A stretch of DNA of 64,000 bases from Callorhinchus milii (lineage: Eukaryota): contig NW_024704743.1 of assembly GCF_018977255.1 (NCBI RefSeq), forward strand, positions 71,860,001 to 71,924,000, written 5' to 3'. Made by a program: the position numbers and the translations under genes. Under the pieces are notes generated by a model. It searched no databases. It was not told the origin of the DNA and worked only from the letters and a program-made list of their open reading frames with translations. Below, piece after piece: positions 13,687-25,392 of the stretch. How positions within the stretch are numbered: the first letter of the stretch is position 1; every line of letters starts with the position of its first letter.

Positions 13687-14044
13687 TTCAGGTGGACGTT
13701 AAAGATCCTATGGCACTATTTGAAAGAGGAAGAAGTTTCTTGCAGTTTTCTGGCCACCAATCCCCCAGATAAATGTTTGTTTGTAGGACATTGCAATGAA
13801 CAAATTGGCTTTCTCATTCGCCTACTTTACAGTAAATCCTGTGAAATGTTTTGAGGTGTCTCAATGACGTAAGGTGCTACCACATGCAAAGATTATTATT
13901 ATTATAAATTGAAAGAAAAACTGAAATCGATAAATACAGGGTAATCTGAGAAAACCTAATTTAGACCATATCAACACATCTAAAGCAAATTTGTTTTTCT
14001 CCTGACTCAAAGCCACTTTGACTAATAACCGCAGTATTCACCAA

Positions 14045-14290
14045 AGACAAATTACATTTGTACAGGGCTTTTCACTTCAGATGGATGTCCCAAGCACTGG
14101 ACAGTTGATGGTTTGCACCTGAGCTGGGGGTTGGAATCGAAGGGTGTATTGGGGTGAGAGGGTGTTCGGAGGAATGGTCAAAGAGGAAGTTGAGACGGGC
14201 CTTGAAGGAGGCAAGGTGGTAGGGATTCCAGGATGAAATTCCAGAGGATGGGGGCGGAAAAGCTGAAGACCCAACTGTCAATGGTGGGGT
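14045..14290 (-). mobile_element. L2 3' end fragment
   Basis: SWNP...ASFKARLNFLFDH on the minus strand, plus tail stem-loop. Confidence 0.75.
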
Positions 14291-14490
14291 AAATTTACAT
14301 TAAAATTCACTGTCGTAACCTCCATCTGCAATACAGTTTTCCATTTTTTTTCCACATGGAAAGAGGTGATACAATGATTACTGGAGACTTGGAGTATTCA
14401 CTTCTGACACTGAGCTATTATACCCAGTACATCAGAGAACTGAGTAGAGGTCTAAAGGCTGTGTTACATTGTGTGTATTTTTATTTACAG

Positions 14491-14584
14491 TGTGATGCCA
14501 TTGGTCTCCTAGAAAAGGAACATGACTACAGAGATGAACACTTTGACTTCATTCAATTAAATATTCGCAGATTTTGCCTAAAAT
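14491..14584 (+). CDS. DYNC1LI1: DYNC1LI1 exon 6 equivalent (followed by a U12-type intron)
   Basis: ttacag|TGTGAT...AAAT|gtatccttt; 94 nt; [31 protein letters not shown]. Confidence 0.95.
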
Positions 14585-15806
14585 GTATCCTTTACTCTGC
14601 TCTCATTAGAAATTGTGTGCTTTTTCATTCTCTTCAGTATTGAATATGACATAAAAAATCAAAATGTGGAAGTGATATACAAATATAATACAACAAATTT
14701 ACATCGATATAGCACCTTTCACGTCAAGAGGAGTCCAGGGTTTGGACTTTATATCTTAAAAGAACCTTTATAAATCTGTTTTCTTCAGTATCCACCAACT
14801 ACAACTGTGTTCACCACCAGATTTGCAGATTCTATTTACACTATCCCACAAAGCTCTTCACTTCTCTAAGAATCAAAAGATTTGTTGCTGTAAAGGAATC
14901 ACTTCACAAAAGGTGGTTTACAGTTCCCATTACATAGTAATATAGTAATATAGAAAGTAATGTTTTGGAAAAGAAAGTTCTGCCTTTGATGCTAATATTA
15001 TTTTGTAATACTCAGTTTTATGTACTATGAAGTATTTTAGAAAAAAATTCCTTTCATTTTCAAATCTTATACATCCAAGAAGGTTGAAATGCATGCTATC
15101 CTAAGTAGAATTTACGTAAGATCTGCAAATGACACCAAATTTGATAGCGCATGTTTTAATACTAACCAGGTCAAAAAAATTATTTTACAATGTGTTATTC
15201 CATAGTTCATTGAATTACTTCATTGTACAATTCTCCATAGAGATCCAACACGAGTATGATTTTCAAGCACTGTTGTTTTGTTTGAGTTTTGTACGAAAGG
15301 TAACTTGTTTTCCAGATCATAATCATCTAAAATTATTGTTGTCTGGGTGATATGTTGCCCAAGCTTCAGGGTTTCCACCTCTAGCTGTATTCAAACTAGA
15401 TATTCAATTCACAAAATCTAGAGTTCTGAATAAGATTGTACCTCTATTTAATAGAGGTCAAGGCACAGATTAAATTGATCTTTCTTATGCATGATCCCTT
15501 ATGTGACTGAATGTTGATTGCAACATATACTTCAAAAATATCACCGGAATTGACACACCTTTTCAATAGTTTCAAGAAACAAAACAAAAGTGTTAAATAT
15601 GGTTAAATATTTGCAGTTTTTGAAACTAATACAGTTAAGTAAGTAGAGCTGGGAATGATGATCTGTAGTCGGAACTGACCATTGATAACTTGTGTAACGA
15701 GTCATCTGCTTTGTCATTTTCTATGTGCAATAATATCTGGTGATTTTAGAAATTGGTTGTTGCATGAGAGTTTTCTTCTGTTTTTTCCTTAATTCAGATG
15801 TTTTAG
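14585..15806 (+). other. U12-type (minor spliceosome) GT-AG intron
   Basis: The 5' splice site GTATCCTTT is the U12 consensus. Branch motif TTCCTTAAT at 15785-15793 lies about 14 nt before the AG at 15805-15806. Confidence 0.9.
15291..15579 (+). repeat. Direct duplicate (copy A) of 16516-16803
   Basis: Manual alignment gives about 14 differences over 289 nt. Confidence 0.95.
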
Positions 15807-15942
15807 ATGGTGCAGCACTTATTTACACTTCACTAAAAGAAAATAAAAATATTGATTTAGTGTATAAATACCTTGTCCATAAATTGTACGAGTTTCCTTT
15901 CCATTCATCAGTACTAGTCGTGGAAAAAGACGCAGTGTTTAT
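15807..15942 (+). CDS. DYNC1LI1: DYNC1LI1 exon 7 equivalent
   Basis: ttttag|ATGGT...TTTAT|gtaagt; 136 nt; [28 protein letters not shown]...VEKDAVFI. Confidence 0.95.
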
Positions 15943-16412
15943 GTAAGTCTGAAGCTTATTGCAACCATTGGGTTCTGATTATGTACGCTAAGTATTCTTT
16001 TACTAATAGGTAGTGTCCTTGAAGTGGAAACTATAAATTTACATTTATTTGGAATTGTTATCAATTCCATTTGCTGTCACCAAGTTATTTTTCATCTTGT
16101 TCAGTTCTAGGATGCTCACACTAGGTGGAATTTGAGTTCTTACACTGTTTTAATGATTGCTTTTGATAAGGGTAAAATGGATCTAGTAGTACAACAACTT
16201 GCATTGTATAATGCCTTTCATCAGAATAGCGTCTCAGAGAAAAATTCCAGTTGCACTGCACCATAGCAAACTGATTCTAGAAGAAAAGTGTAAGAAGGCT
16301 GCTGTTTGCAGTTGCTATAATTTATTTTTGTAGCAGATAAATCTACTTTTTAGGTCTGGTTTTCCTTCATACTATGCTTTGTTATGAAAGATTGATGCAT
16401 GTTTTCATATAG

Positions 16413-16524
16413 TCCAGCAGGGTGGGACAATGAAAAGAAAATCGGAATTTTGCACGAGAACTTCCAATCCTTAAAAGATGATGACAATTTTGAAGATATC
16501 ATTAGCAAGCCTCCAGTAAGAAAG
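16413..16524 (+). CDS. DYNC1LI1: DYNC1LI1 exon 8 equivalent
   Basis: atatag|TCCAG...AGAAAG|gtaact; 112 nt; [37 protein letters not shown]. Confidence 0.96.
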
Positions 16525-16803
16525 GTAACTTGTTTTCCAGACCATAATCATCTAAAATTATTGTTGTCTGGGTGATATGTTGCCCAGGCTTCAGGGTTTC
16601 CACCTCTAGCTGTATTTAAACTAAATATTCAATTCACAAAATCTAGAGTTCTGAATAGGATTGTACCTCTATTTAATAGAGATCAAGGCACAGATTAAAT
16701 TGATTTTTCTTATGCATGATGCCTTATGTGACTGAATGTTGATTGCAACATATACTTTAAAAAATCACCGGAATTGACGCACCTTTTCAGTGGTTTCAAG
16801 AAA
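16516..16803 (+). repeat. Direct duplicate (copy B; end of exon 8, its donor and intron start)
   Basis: Manual alignment with 15291-15579. Confidence 0.95.
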
Positions 16804-17078
16804 GTAATAAAAATCTGAGGTGATATCTACAGAAAAGGCTGATGTAACAAATAGTCATGTTTGCTCTAGAAATTGCACATTTTTCTAGGTGTCTGACTCA
16901 TGCAGAAAGCCCATCACCATGCTTAACAGTATCCAAACCAAACTTTGTTCCAAATATGTATGCAAACTACCCTTGTAAATTTCACTATATGCAAAAATTA
17001 CCAAATCTAAGGATTTTTATTAATACAACTCATCACATCACTTATGTATTATAGGTTAACTTTTATTTTTTCTTATAG

Positions 17079-17138
17079 TTTGTGCATGAAAAGGAGATTT
17101 TATCAGAAGATGATCAAGTTTTTCTTATGAAGCAACAG
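17079..17138 (+). CDS. DYNC1LI1: DYNC1LI1 exon 9 equivalent
   Basis: ttatag|TTTGTG...CAACAG|gtaaga; 60 nt; FVHEKEILSEDDQVFLMKQQ. Confidence 0.95.
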
Positions 17139-19879
17139 GTAAGATACAGGACTGCCCTGTTATATATAGCATGTGTTTTGGATGCATAAAATTAGGCGTG
17201 ACATAATATGCCGACGGAAAAATGGGCCGCTTACTGGTCATCCTGTTCCAGGGTGGGGAGGAAGTAAGCAGGGTCTCCCTGGAGCTGAATTGGCTCCAAG
17301 GTAACATGTTTGACAATGGAATGTCAGAATCAAGCTATTTTTCTGTGGTGATCTCAGTAGTCCAGTTCCTGAGCCTGGCTGTACGCCAGGGCACTGCTAA
17401 TGACAGGCTGGTTCATCGACAGGACTTGGAAGGGCAGACCAGTCACCTGGAGGCAGGGATTTTTTCCACACAGTTTCCGTTAATTTTGCAAGCTAAAGCC
17501 CTAACGGGTAGGTACTGCACTTCTCGTAATGACTAGACACCTGCATAACAAGTGAATTTGTGTTCTCGTGAGGCACCTTGTAATGCAATTGCCCTGTTAT
17601 AGTTAATACATTTTTTTTGATTTGTGAAAGGTTCAGACTCTTTGAGTTTGATCTTAGCTTTATACTGAGAGTTTTTCCCCTGATATCCTCTGGAGGCAAA
17701 CTCATATTATGAAAGCAGAACTCGTAAAGCAAATTCATAACGTGAAAGCAGAATAAAGTGAAGTCAACTATGAAAGGTATTTTATGAGAAGGGTTACTGA
17801 AATAGTTACTGAGCTGTTTGTCAACACTTTGCTTAAAACCAAATCCAGTGTGCCTACATCAGTGCACCATGCAAAATATTCATGGATATTTGCAAAGTAA
17901 GAATTGGTAGTGGTTCCCCTGCTTAGATTATTTTGATGGTCATTAACAATCCAACCCAAGAAAAGTCTCCAGGATCTTTTTAGTCTGTTGCCAGATTTGC
18001 AAAGCAATGAAATTCCTAACTCAGGAGATCTGGTTGAACAGGTTGGGATCTGGTTGTTCTGGTTTGCTAACCTCATTAAGGGCATCCAACTCTTGTATGG
18101 GCGGAACTGACAAAGAGGCCTCCAATTTTGGTGTCCTGAAAGAGGAGTTGGAAAGAGGAGAAAGGCAGAAAAGAGCAGCTTTGCCTGCCATTACCTCAAT
18201 GCCTCCTAGGGCACATATACATAGGCCCCTTTGAGTGGGTGCACAGATGGACTTCAATGTGGTAGGATCATCCTTGGTATCCCCCTAGTTCTATTTTATG
18301 TTTTGTCTGCCACTTTTGATTCAACATACATTGTACTTTGGGTTCCTCCACCAGGGTTGTAGGGAAGCTGGGAAACAGTTTGAGCTCCAAAAGAAGTCCA
18401 TGCTGACCCATTGACAAATCGCCATCTCTTTGCCTGACTTTGGCACAGTGCTCGCACATGGGGCCTCTTGTGAAAGCAACTAATGCAATGCAACTTTCTT
18501 CCTCAAAAAATGCTGAGCTATGTGGATTAGGGCTAGGATGGTCAACTCCCCTCTCCTATGCTGCAATTGGATATGTGACGAATGGTGTCATATTAGTATT
18601 GCACATTCCGCATGATTGTCGATCATGTACCAGTCAACTCAGCAATGTACAGTATATGGGCACCCAAGGTGGAATTGATGTTGTTATTCAAGCTTTGCAA
18701 GTAGCACTGATAAAAATTTTCAGGCGAGGCACAAGTTCTTTCTGTGCATTGAATCACCTTTGTCTGCAAAGCCTGACTATCCTCTTTGGGTGGGGTGGGG
18801 GAAGAGTAAGCACAATCCTTTCAGAGCTGATCAGGCTCTGGTGGTAATGTGCTTGATAACAATGGCAGAATCGAATCAACCCTCTATGGTGGTCTCAGTA
18901 GTCCTATTCCTGAGCCAGATGTACTACAATACTGTAGGGTACACCTGACGACGGACCAGCAAAGCTGGCTTATCCGCAGGACTTGGAAGTGCAGACCGGT
19001 CGCTGGGAGCAGGGAATCTTCCCACTTAACAAAGCTCCTGTTAACCCTGCAAGCCAAAGCGCTAACTGTCCTAGCTGGACAAGCAGCTTGCCAGACAGTC
19101 CTCTCCAATCCAGTTTTAGTTGGTTAAACTTCAGCAATACTGTAGCACATACTGTGGGTTTCACAAGCCAAGGCTCTTTCCAACCTGTGTTTAATACTCT
19201 GGGGATTATCACAAGATTGGTTTGGATGAGGAAGGCCCTTTGGCCCATCCGATTCATCCTTCTAAAACACTCACCCTCCCTCCTGCCCCATCACAGCATC
19301 AAGCATGCTTTTTAAATGAATTTTGTGTCCTGTCTCTACCACCTTTCCTGACAACCTGTTCCTGTCATTGGTTACTGTAAGCAGGGCGCGTCCCTACAGG
19401 AAGAGAGCTCACATTCCATCCACGCAATTTTCCATGTTAACAACAACAAAATTACAATTGTATAGCACCTTTCACGTCAGGAGGACATCCCAAGGCACTG
19501 GACAGGCAGTTTGATTAATCAATTAATTAATTAATTAATTGATTGATTAAGTTAATGAATTAATTAATTAGTTGGCATATGTAAGTGTAACTCTCTCTGG
19601 CTTGGATACTCTTAAGCATGGTGATGGATTTCCGCAAGTGTTAGATACCCAGTCAATCAAAATAAATCTCGAGCTTGTACTGCCATTGGAATATTTGAGT
19701 CTATGGGGACAAATCTCATGGTTTATAAACTTGCTGTTTTAATCTAATATTAAGTGTTCTGGGACGCAACCCTGCGTGAAGGGCGCTATATAAATGCAAG
19801 TTACTTTGGATTTAGTTTGCTGCTTCTGTATGTGTCTTATTCAGAGATTTCTGAAATATTACTTTTTTTTATTTTGCAG

Positions 19880-19921
19880 TCTTTCCTAGCAAAACAGCCA
19901 CTCGCAACAGGAAGACCAGTG
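19880..19921 (+). CDS. DYNC1LI1: DYNC1LI1 exon 10 equivalent
   Basis: ttgcag|TCTTTC...CCAGTG|gtaact; 42 nt; SFLAKQPLATGRPV. Confidence 0.92.
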
Positions 19922-21166
19922 GTAACTATACAGTTTGACATTGTGCATATGTTTGTCTCTTTCCAAATTCAAATGACAGAAGAACCTCTTGTTTTTCCCT
20001 TCTTTCTCTTTTCTTCTCCCACGTCACTGGAATTTCAAAACTCCCAATTCAAACACTGGGTGCATTGGTTTTCAAATTGGTCACCTCAGGCAAGCAAAAT
20101 TCTAATCTGGAGGGCTGAAACAAATGTGTTAAATCTCCACTACTCAATCATGAAGAAAATAGTTCTCAGTGTAGTAAAGCTTCTTTTTGGGCAGCTATGC
20201 TATTCACAAAGCAGTTGTAGCTCTTCTTCACTGTTCTACTTTCTGAATTTATGGAATCCACTAACTGGAAGCAATTTTGCTGCTTTATAACCTGTTTATG
20301 GATGTAAAACTGTTCATTTTTGCCCTCACTTAATCAATAAACACATAAACCCCTTGTAGTTCTTGATAGAAATCGCTCCAATACGATTCGAGGGAATGAC
20401 ATTTACTGAATTGATTAATTAAAAAAATTCAATTGTCTTCATCAGAAATTGGATGCAAAATGTCTTTGAGGTTGTAGTTTTCAATTGCTGGTTATAGAAA
20501 AGTTTTCAAATCGTCCATATTAAAAAAAAAGCGGTGTTCATTACAATTCAGTCAATGAGTAAATAATTCTGAGAACCAGCAAACCAGTTTCATTTGTTTT
20601 CTGAGTACATAAACCCAATTATGTTTTAATGTCCATCAGCTGGTACTCACTTGTTGGAATGAAATCGATCTTCCGTGGTGGTCTTGGTAGTTTGTTCCTG
20701 AGCCAAGTGGGTCCGCAGAATTCCGGGGTACTGCTGATACCAAACCAGCCAGCCTGGCTCAAAGGCGTAAACCCGATTAAATTTTAATGTCCATCAGTTG
20801 GCACCCACTTGCTTCATGTCCCCTGTCCTATCATCAGCAGGTGGGCTATTAGTCTATTTGCCCCCACACTTTGGAACTCTGTCTCAGAGTTGCTCAAGAC
20901 CTTCTTCTTCGTCCACATTTTTGGTCATCTTTCCCCTCGAATGAGATTTTGTACAAGCAGCTAATATTTTAAATGTATAAATAAAGCCACACTATATTTA
21001 ACAAAGACATTAGGTTCAATAATGTTATAAATGGTTCAATGGTAGTGTAGTGTAGCTGACTTTTTAGTTTGAATTTAGATCAATAGTTTATCAACCAGGG
21101 TAAACCTCGGAATTTGTAGCCACATTTCTTCAGCCTAAATAGTGCTTACTGATTGTTTTTGCTCAG

Positions 21167-21287
21167 GATCCTTCAGCAAGAATGCCTGGAAGCTCTCCCA
21201 GGACACCAAGTCGATCTGGAGCTGGCAATGTTGTTAACGTAACTCCTATTTCTGCAGGAAGTAAAAAGATGGATCCCAATATCAAAG
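21167..21287 (+). CDS. DYNC1LI1: DYNC1LI1 exon 11 equivalent
   Basis: gctcag|GATCCT...AAAG|gtaaag; 121 nt; DPSARMPGSSPRTPSRSGAGNVVNVTPISAGSKKMDPNIK. Confidence 0.94.
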
Positions 21288-21429
21288 GTAAAGAAAACTT
21301 GGGAGTTGTTGGTCCACTAATACTGAAAATCTTTTGACCATTCAAAATGAAAATGTACTTGTTTTAAGGAAGTTAGACAAATGTTGCTATATATTTTTAA
21401 AACTTGAGATACATATATAGAGATTTGAT

Positions 21430-21990
21430 TGTCCCTCTTTGCCTGCTTGTCTGACATCAAGGTCTGGATGAGTGCCAACTTTTTGCAGCTGAACATGGAC
21501 AAGACAGAAGCCATCCTATTTGGCTCCCTTCAACATCTGCTCAACTTTGATTCTGAAATCCTTAACCTTCCCACCTATCCCTCAGGTTCACTGAACCTGT
21601 ATGTAACCTTGGCATCAGGGTTCGATACCCAGTTATCCTTTCTGTGTTCAAATCTCTTCACTTCCTGGCACGTCCCTACCTGTCTGTTCATATGCCACTC
21701 CACTACCCGTTGCCTTCACTGGCTTGAGTCTTTTGCGCGTCCCTCTTTCCCTGTGCTCCTCCATTGGCAGCCATGCTTTTAGCCACAATGCCCCAAATGC
21801 TTCGAACTCCCTGCCTTAGTCCCTCCATCTTACAACCTGTTTGCCCGTCATCAAATGACACCTGAAGACTTTCCTTTTCGATTGTGCTTTTGATCATTTC
21901 CCCTCCTTCCAGCTCGGTGTCAAACCACACCATTGTTAAGTGCTTTGAGACACTACTAACTTAAAGTGATTTAAATAAATGCAAATTGTT
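21430..21990 (+). mobile_element. Degenerate L2 3' fragment
   Basis: ACLSDIKVWMSANFLQLNMDKTEAILFGS; L2-type tail. Confidence 0.8.
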
Positions 21991-22567
21991 GTATGGAGTC
22001 TCGAAATTATGCAACTATACGGAGCCTTTCTGCAATTAGATTAACTTAGTTTTAATCTGGCATTGAAACACTTGTTTATTCCTTGATTTAATCAAGTAAT
22101 TCTTACACAAAAAGCACAGGTAATACATTGATGTTGTAATAGTTTCTTGCCAGGCTCAACTGGCTCCCTACTCCCAAATCGCCTTTTAAATCCTCATCCT
22201 TTGAATCCCTCCACTGTCTTGCCTCCACCGTACCTCAGCAATCTCCTTTGGTCCTACTCCCCCTGCTCGCTCTCTTCTCTACCAATTCAGGCCTGTTTTT
22301 TCTCCACACACTATCAGCAGACAAGCAAGCTTTCATTCCCCCCAACTCTGTAATACATTCTTCCAAAATACCTTGCTTGGTCTCTCCCTCACTTTCAAAA
22401 CCTGTCTAAACGTCTCCTTGATTATACCTTCGGCATCTCCTCCTAGGTTCCACCCAGCTCAGGCTTTACTGTGTCTCTGTAAAGTACTTTGATACGGTTT
22501 CCTGTTCTTGTATATGCGCATATTAATGTATTGTGTAGTGTAAAGTTCTGCATAATACACAAAAGCA

Positions 22568-22779
22568 ATGTGGAGTCTTGTAATGTGCTATGAACTGTCA
22601 GTTTGCCAGTAGTCATTTTCAATCTACGATTGTTTGTGGGACACTGCTGTGCGCAATTGGCTGCCGCGTTTGCCCACAAATATACAGTCAATTCACTTTA
22701 CAGTATATCCTGTGAAGCACTTTGGGACGTCTAGAAGACGTGAAAAGCGCTATATCAAATGCAAGGATTATTATTATTA
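22568..22779 (+). mobile_element. Deu-SINE, partial
   Basis: Deu core and tail closely match the young copies. Confidence 0.85.
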
Positions 22780-22867
22780 GTCTGACAATGGCTCTATTTT
22801 TCCTTGTCATTCCATTGCTTTAGTACAGGTACAAGTCTAGCAGTCGAGTTTGTATCATGCAGTTTAT

Positions 22868-22990
22868 TCATAGATTCATAGAATGTTACGGCACAGAAGG
22901 AGACCATTCGGCCCATCGAGTCTGTGTCGGCTCTTTGACAGAGCAGATCACTTTCACTAACCCCAATCACCAGCTTTCTCCCCATAACCC
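22868..22990 (-). mobile_element. CR1-type 3' end fragment
   Basis: Similar to the 3' UTR and tail of the CR1 copies at 7270-7352 and 54511-54630. Confidence 0.75.
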
Positions 22991-23393
22991 TTATAAGTAA
23001 TTAATAATAATTAATGTAATAACTTATTAGTTATTACAGTTCCGTATTAATAAACCTGGTTACCAGAAATCAAGTCAGGGCACTTTCTCCAGCATTATAT
23101 TATTGCTACTCCCCCAACATTGAACACACATGTGCCTAATTTTAGTACCTGACTTCTTTTAAAACATATATTCACAAACTGGCCATTGATGCTGCAAATT
23201 CCACTGAGCTAAGACTCATTGACTTGCACAGTTCCATTGTAAATGTGTGATCATTAGCAAAGCCAATTACTCTAAACATTGCTCTAGATTTAAATCTCTT
23301 CCAAATCCCACCCCAAATTGTTTTAAACATTAAACAAACACTTTACCATTCTGTTTTAGAAGTTAATAGGATCTTTTTCTTTTGCCCTTCTAG

Positions 23394-23519
23394 GAGCTGC
23401 AAGTGAAGGAGTCTTGGCAAATTTCTTCAACAGTCTTCTCAGTAAAAAGACTGGCTCTCCTGGAGGAGGTAGCAGTGGTGGTGGTGGTAGTAATTTACAA
23501 GGATCTGCAAAAAAAGCTG
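23394..23519 (+). CDS. DYNC1LI1: DYNC1LI1 exon 12 equivalent (adaptor-binding helix 1)
   Basis: ttctag|GAGCT...GCTG|gtaggt; 126 nt; [26 protein letters not shown]...SAKKA. Confidence 0.95.
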
Positions 23520-25180
23520 GTAGGTAATTTATAACTGACAAGATTGACTGTGCTGGAATGTTTTGAATCTTCCTGAAAGAATCTTCTCAAATTCTTTTGA
23601 AAAATTGCTTTCGCCCTCTGACTCTTGCTGGCTATGTGTTCCCCACCTACTACGAGTCACCATTAGTGGTCAAGCCTTCAGTTTCTACACCCCTAACCTC
23701 TTCAGTTTCTGCTACCCACTACACCTTCACCTTGCCCTCTTTAAATCCCACGTAAAAACCACCTCTTTATCTGCACTTGCGGTCATCTCCATCTTCTCCC
23801 TCGCTCAGCATTTGACTATGTCATTGTGAAATGCTCTGAGGCATTGTCCTACACGAAGGCACTATATAAATGTAAGTAGTTGTTCTTGTTGGACATAGCA
23901 CATCAGTATTTGAGGCATTTGTTTTGATCATAAAGAAAAGTAAGTTCCAGTTCAACGCTTCTATCCAGTTGGATGTCAACTAATCAATTTATGACTGCCC
24001 TCTTTGAGAGAGATGAGTGAATTTTCCTCCAGTATGTTGTGTTTGGCAACAGAATGTCAGAATGAAGTCAATCTTCCGTGGTGGTTTTGGTAGTTTGTTC
24101 CTGTGCCAAGTAGGTTCGAAGGCAGTTTGCCAGACAGAGCTCTCAACAGTCATGTGGTTTTAGCCAGTTAAACTCCAGCAGTAGCTCAATGCACACTCTT
24201 AGGATCCCCAAGTGTTGACTCTTGCCAATCTTGCTGGACCTACTATTTGCTGGAATTAGATAAACAAGGTGCCTACCTCTAGGGAAAGATTGCCCACTCT
24301 ATTCTAGACATAGGAAAATTCCCACTGTAAGTGGTACACATATGTAGAACTCATTGCGTTTGGATAATGTTTAGCATGGTGATGGGTTTGTGCATGTGTC
24401 AGACTGACCAATTAAAATCCAACTGAAAGTATGTCTACTTTAACCTTATCAGCACATGCAGTAAAATAAAAGGTTTGATTTAAAAAATATAAGAATTTGC
24501 CTTGCCACAAATGGTTGTCGAAGCTGAGTCTGTAGCATTATTTAAAAGGGAATTTGATATTTAATAAAGGAATGGGGAAAGGCAATGGAATATGGGATGC
24601 AATATAAATTTCCATTTATATAGCAACTTTCACATTGGGAAGACGCCCCAAGGTGCTTAACCATGGCTGAGCACCCAAGCTGAGAGGTGAGAACTGGGGA
24701 GAGAGGAAAATGACCAAAAGAGGAAGATCTTGAGACAGATCTTAAAAAGGATAAGCCAGGTAAGAGGAACTCCAAATTGGAGTTCCAGGGAGTGGGGCAG
24801 ATAGTCTGAAAGCTCACGTGCTGATGGTGCGGTTGGTAGAGTGGAGGACAAGAAAAAAAGATTGAAGTGATGTAATTATCACATTCCTGAAAATTGCAGT
24901 GCAATCCAGTAATTCTGTAAACAACTTACTACACCCTCCCCTGACTTCAACAGAATGGTCGTTAAGTGACAAAGTGTTTTTGGAGCAGCTCGAGTGCTGT
25001 GGGATCCAGGTCAATCTCAGACTTAGTTAAGACAATATCCTTATAAAGTGACACTCTCATGTTACACTCAACTGGCAATAAAACAGTCACCATTTGTCTG
25101 AAGTCAGATGAGGCCAAATGATAATTATTAAACTGGTTTGGACTTCAGTTTTCACATTGTGTTGTTTTTCACTCCAACGT

Positions 25181-25392
25181 TAATAATAATATAATAATAA
25201 TAATCCTTGCATTTGATAGCGCTTTTCACGTCGGGAGGACGTCCCAAAGCGCTTCACAGAACACACTGTAAAGTGAATTGACTGTATATTTGTGGGCGAA
25301 CGCGGCAGCCAATTGCGCACAGCAATGTCCCACAAACGGTCGTAGATCGAGAATGACCAATTTATTATTGTTTTTGGTTTTGGAGGGATTAA
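25181..25392 (-). mobile_element. Deu-SINE, 5'-truncated young copy
   Basis: Reverse complement of the Deu core and tail. Confidence 0.9.

Noticed and set aside
15655..15745. Possible C/D box snoRNA (ATGATGA followed by CTGA) in the U12 intron
   Set aside because: No terminal D box or closing stem at a suitable distance and no recognisable target.
17493..18847. Cluster of short ORFs that might be a decayed viral or transposon gene
   Set aside because: Manual translation showed no recognisable motif. It could be upstream sequence of the unclassified retroposon; a tBLASTx search would settle it.
19754..20290. 178-aa ORF spanning exon 10
   Set aside because: Only 14 codons match LIC1 and they are bounded by splice sites; the rest is intronic read-through.
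23520..23529. Second donor (GTAATT) 4 nt downstream of the exon-12 donor
   Set aside because: It would shift the frame of the conserved last exon; no evidence of use.
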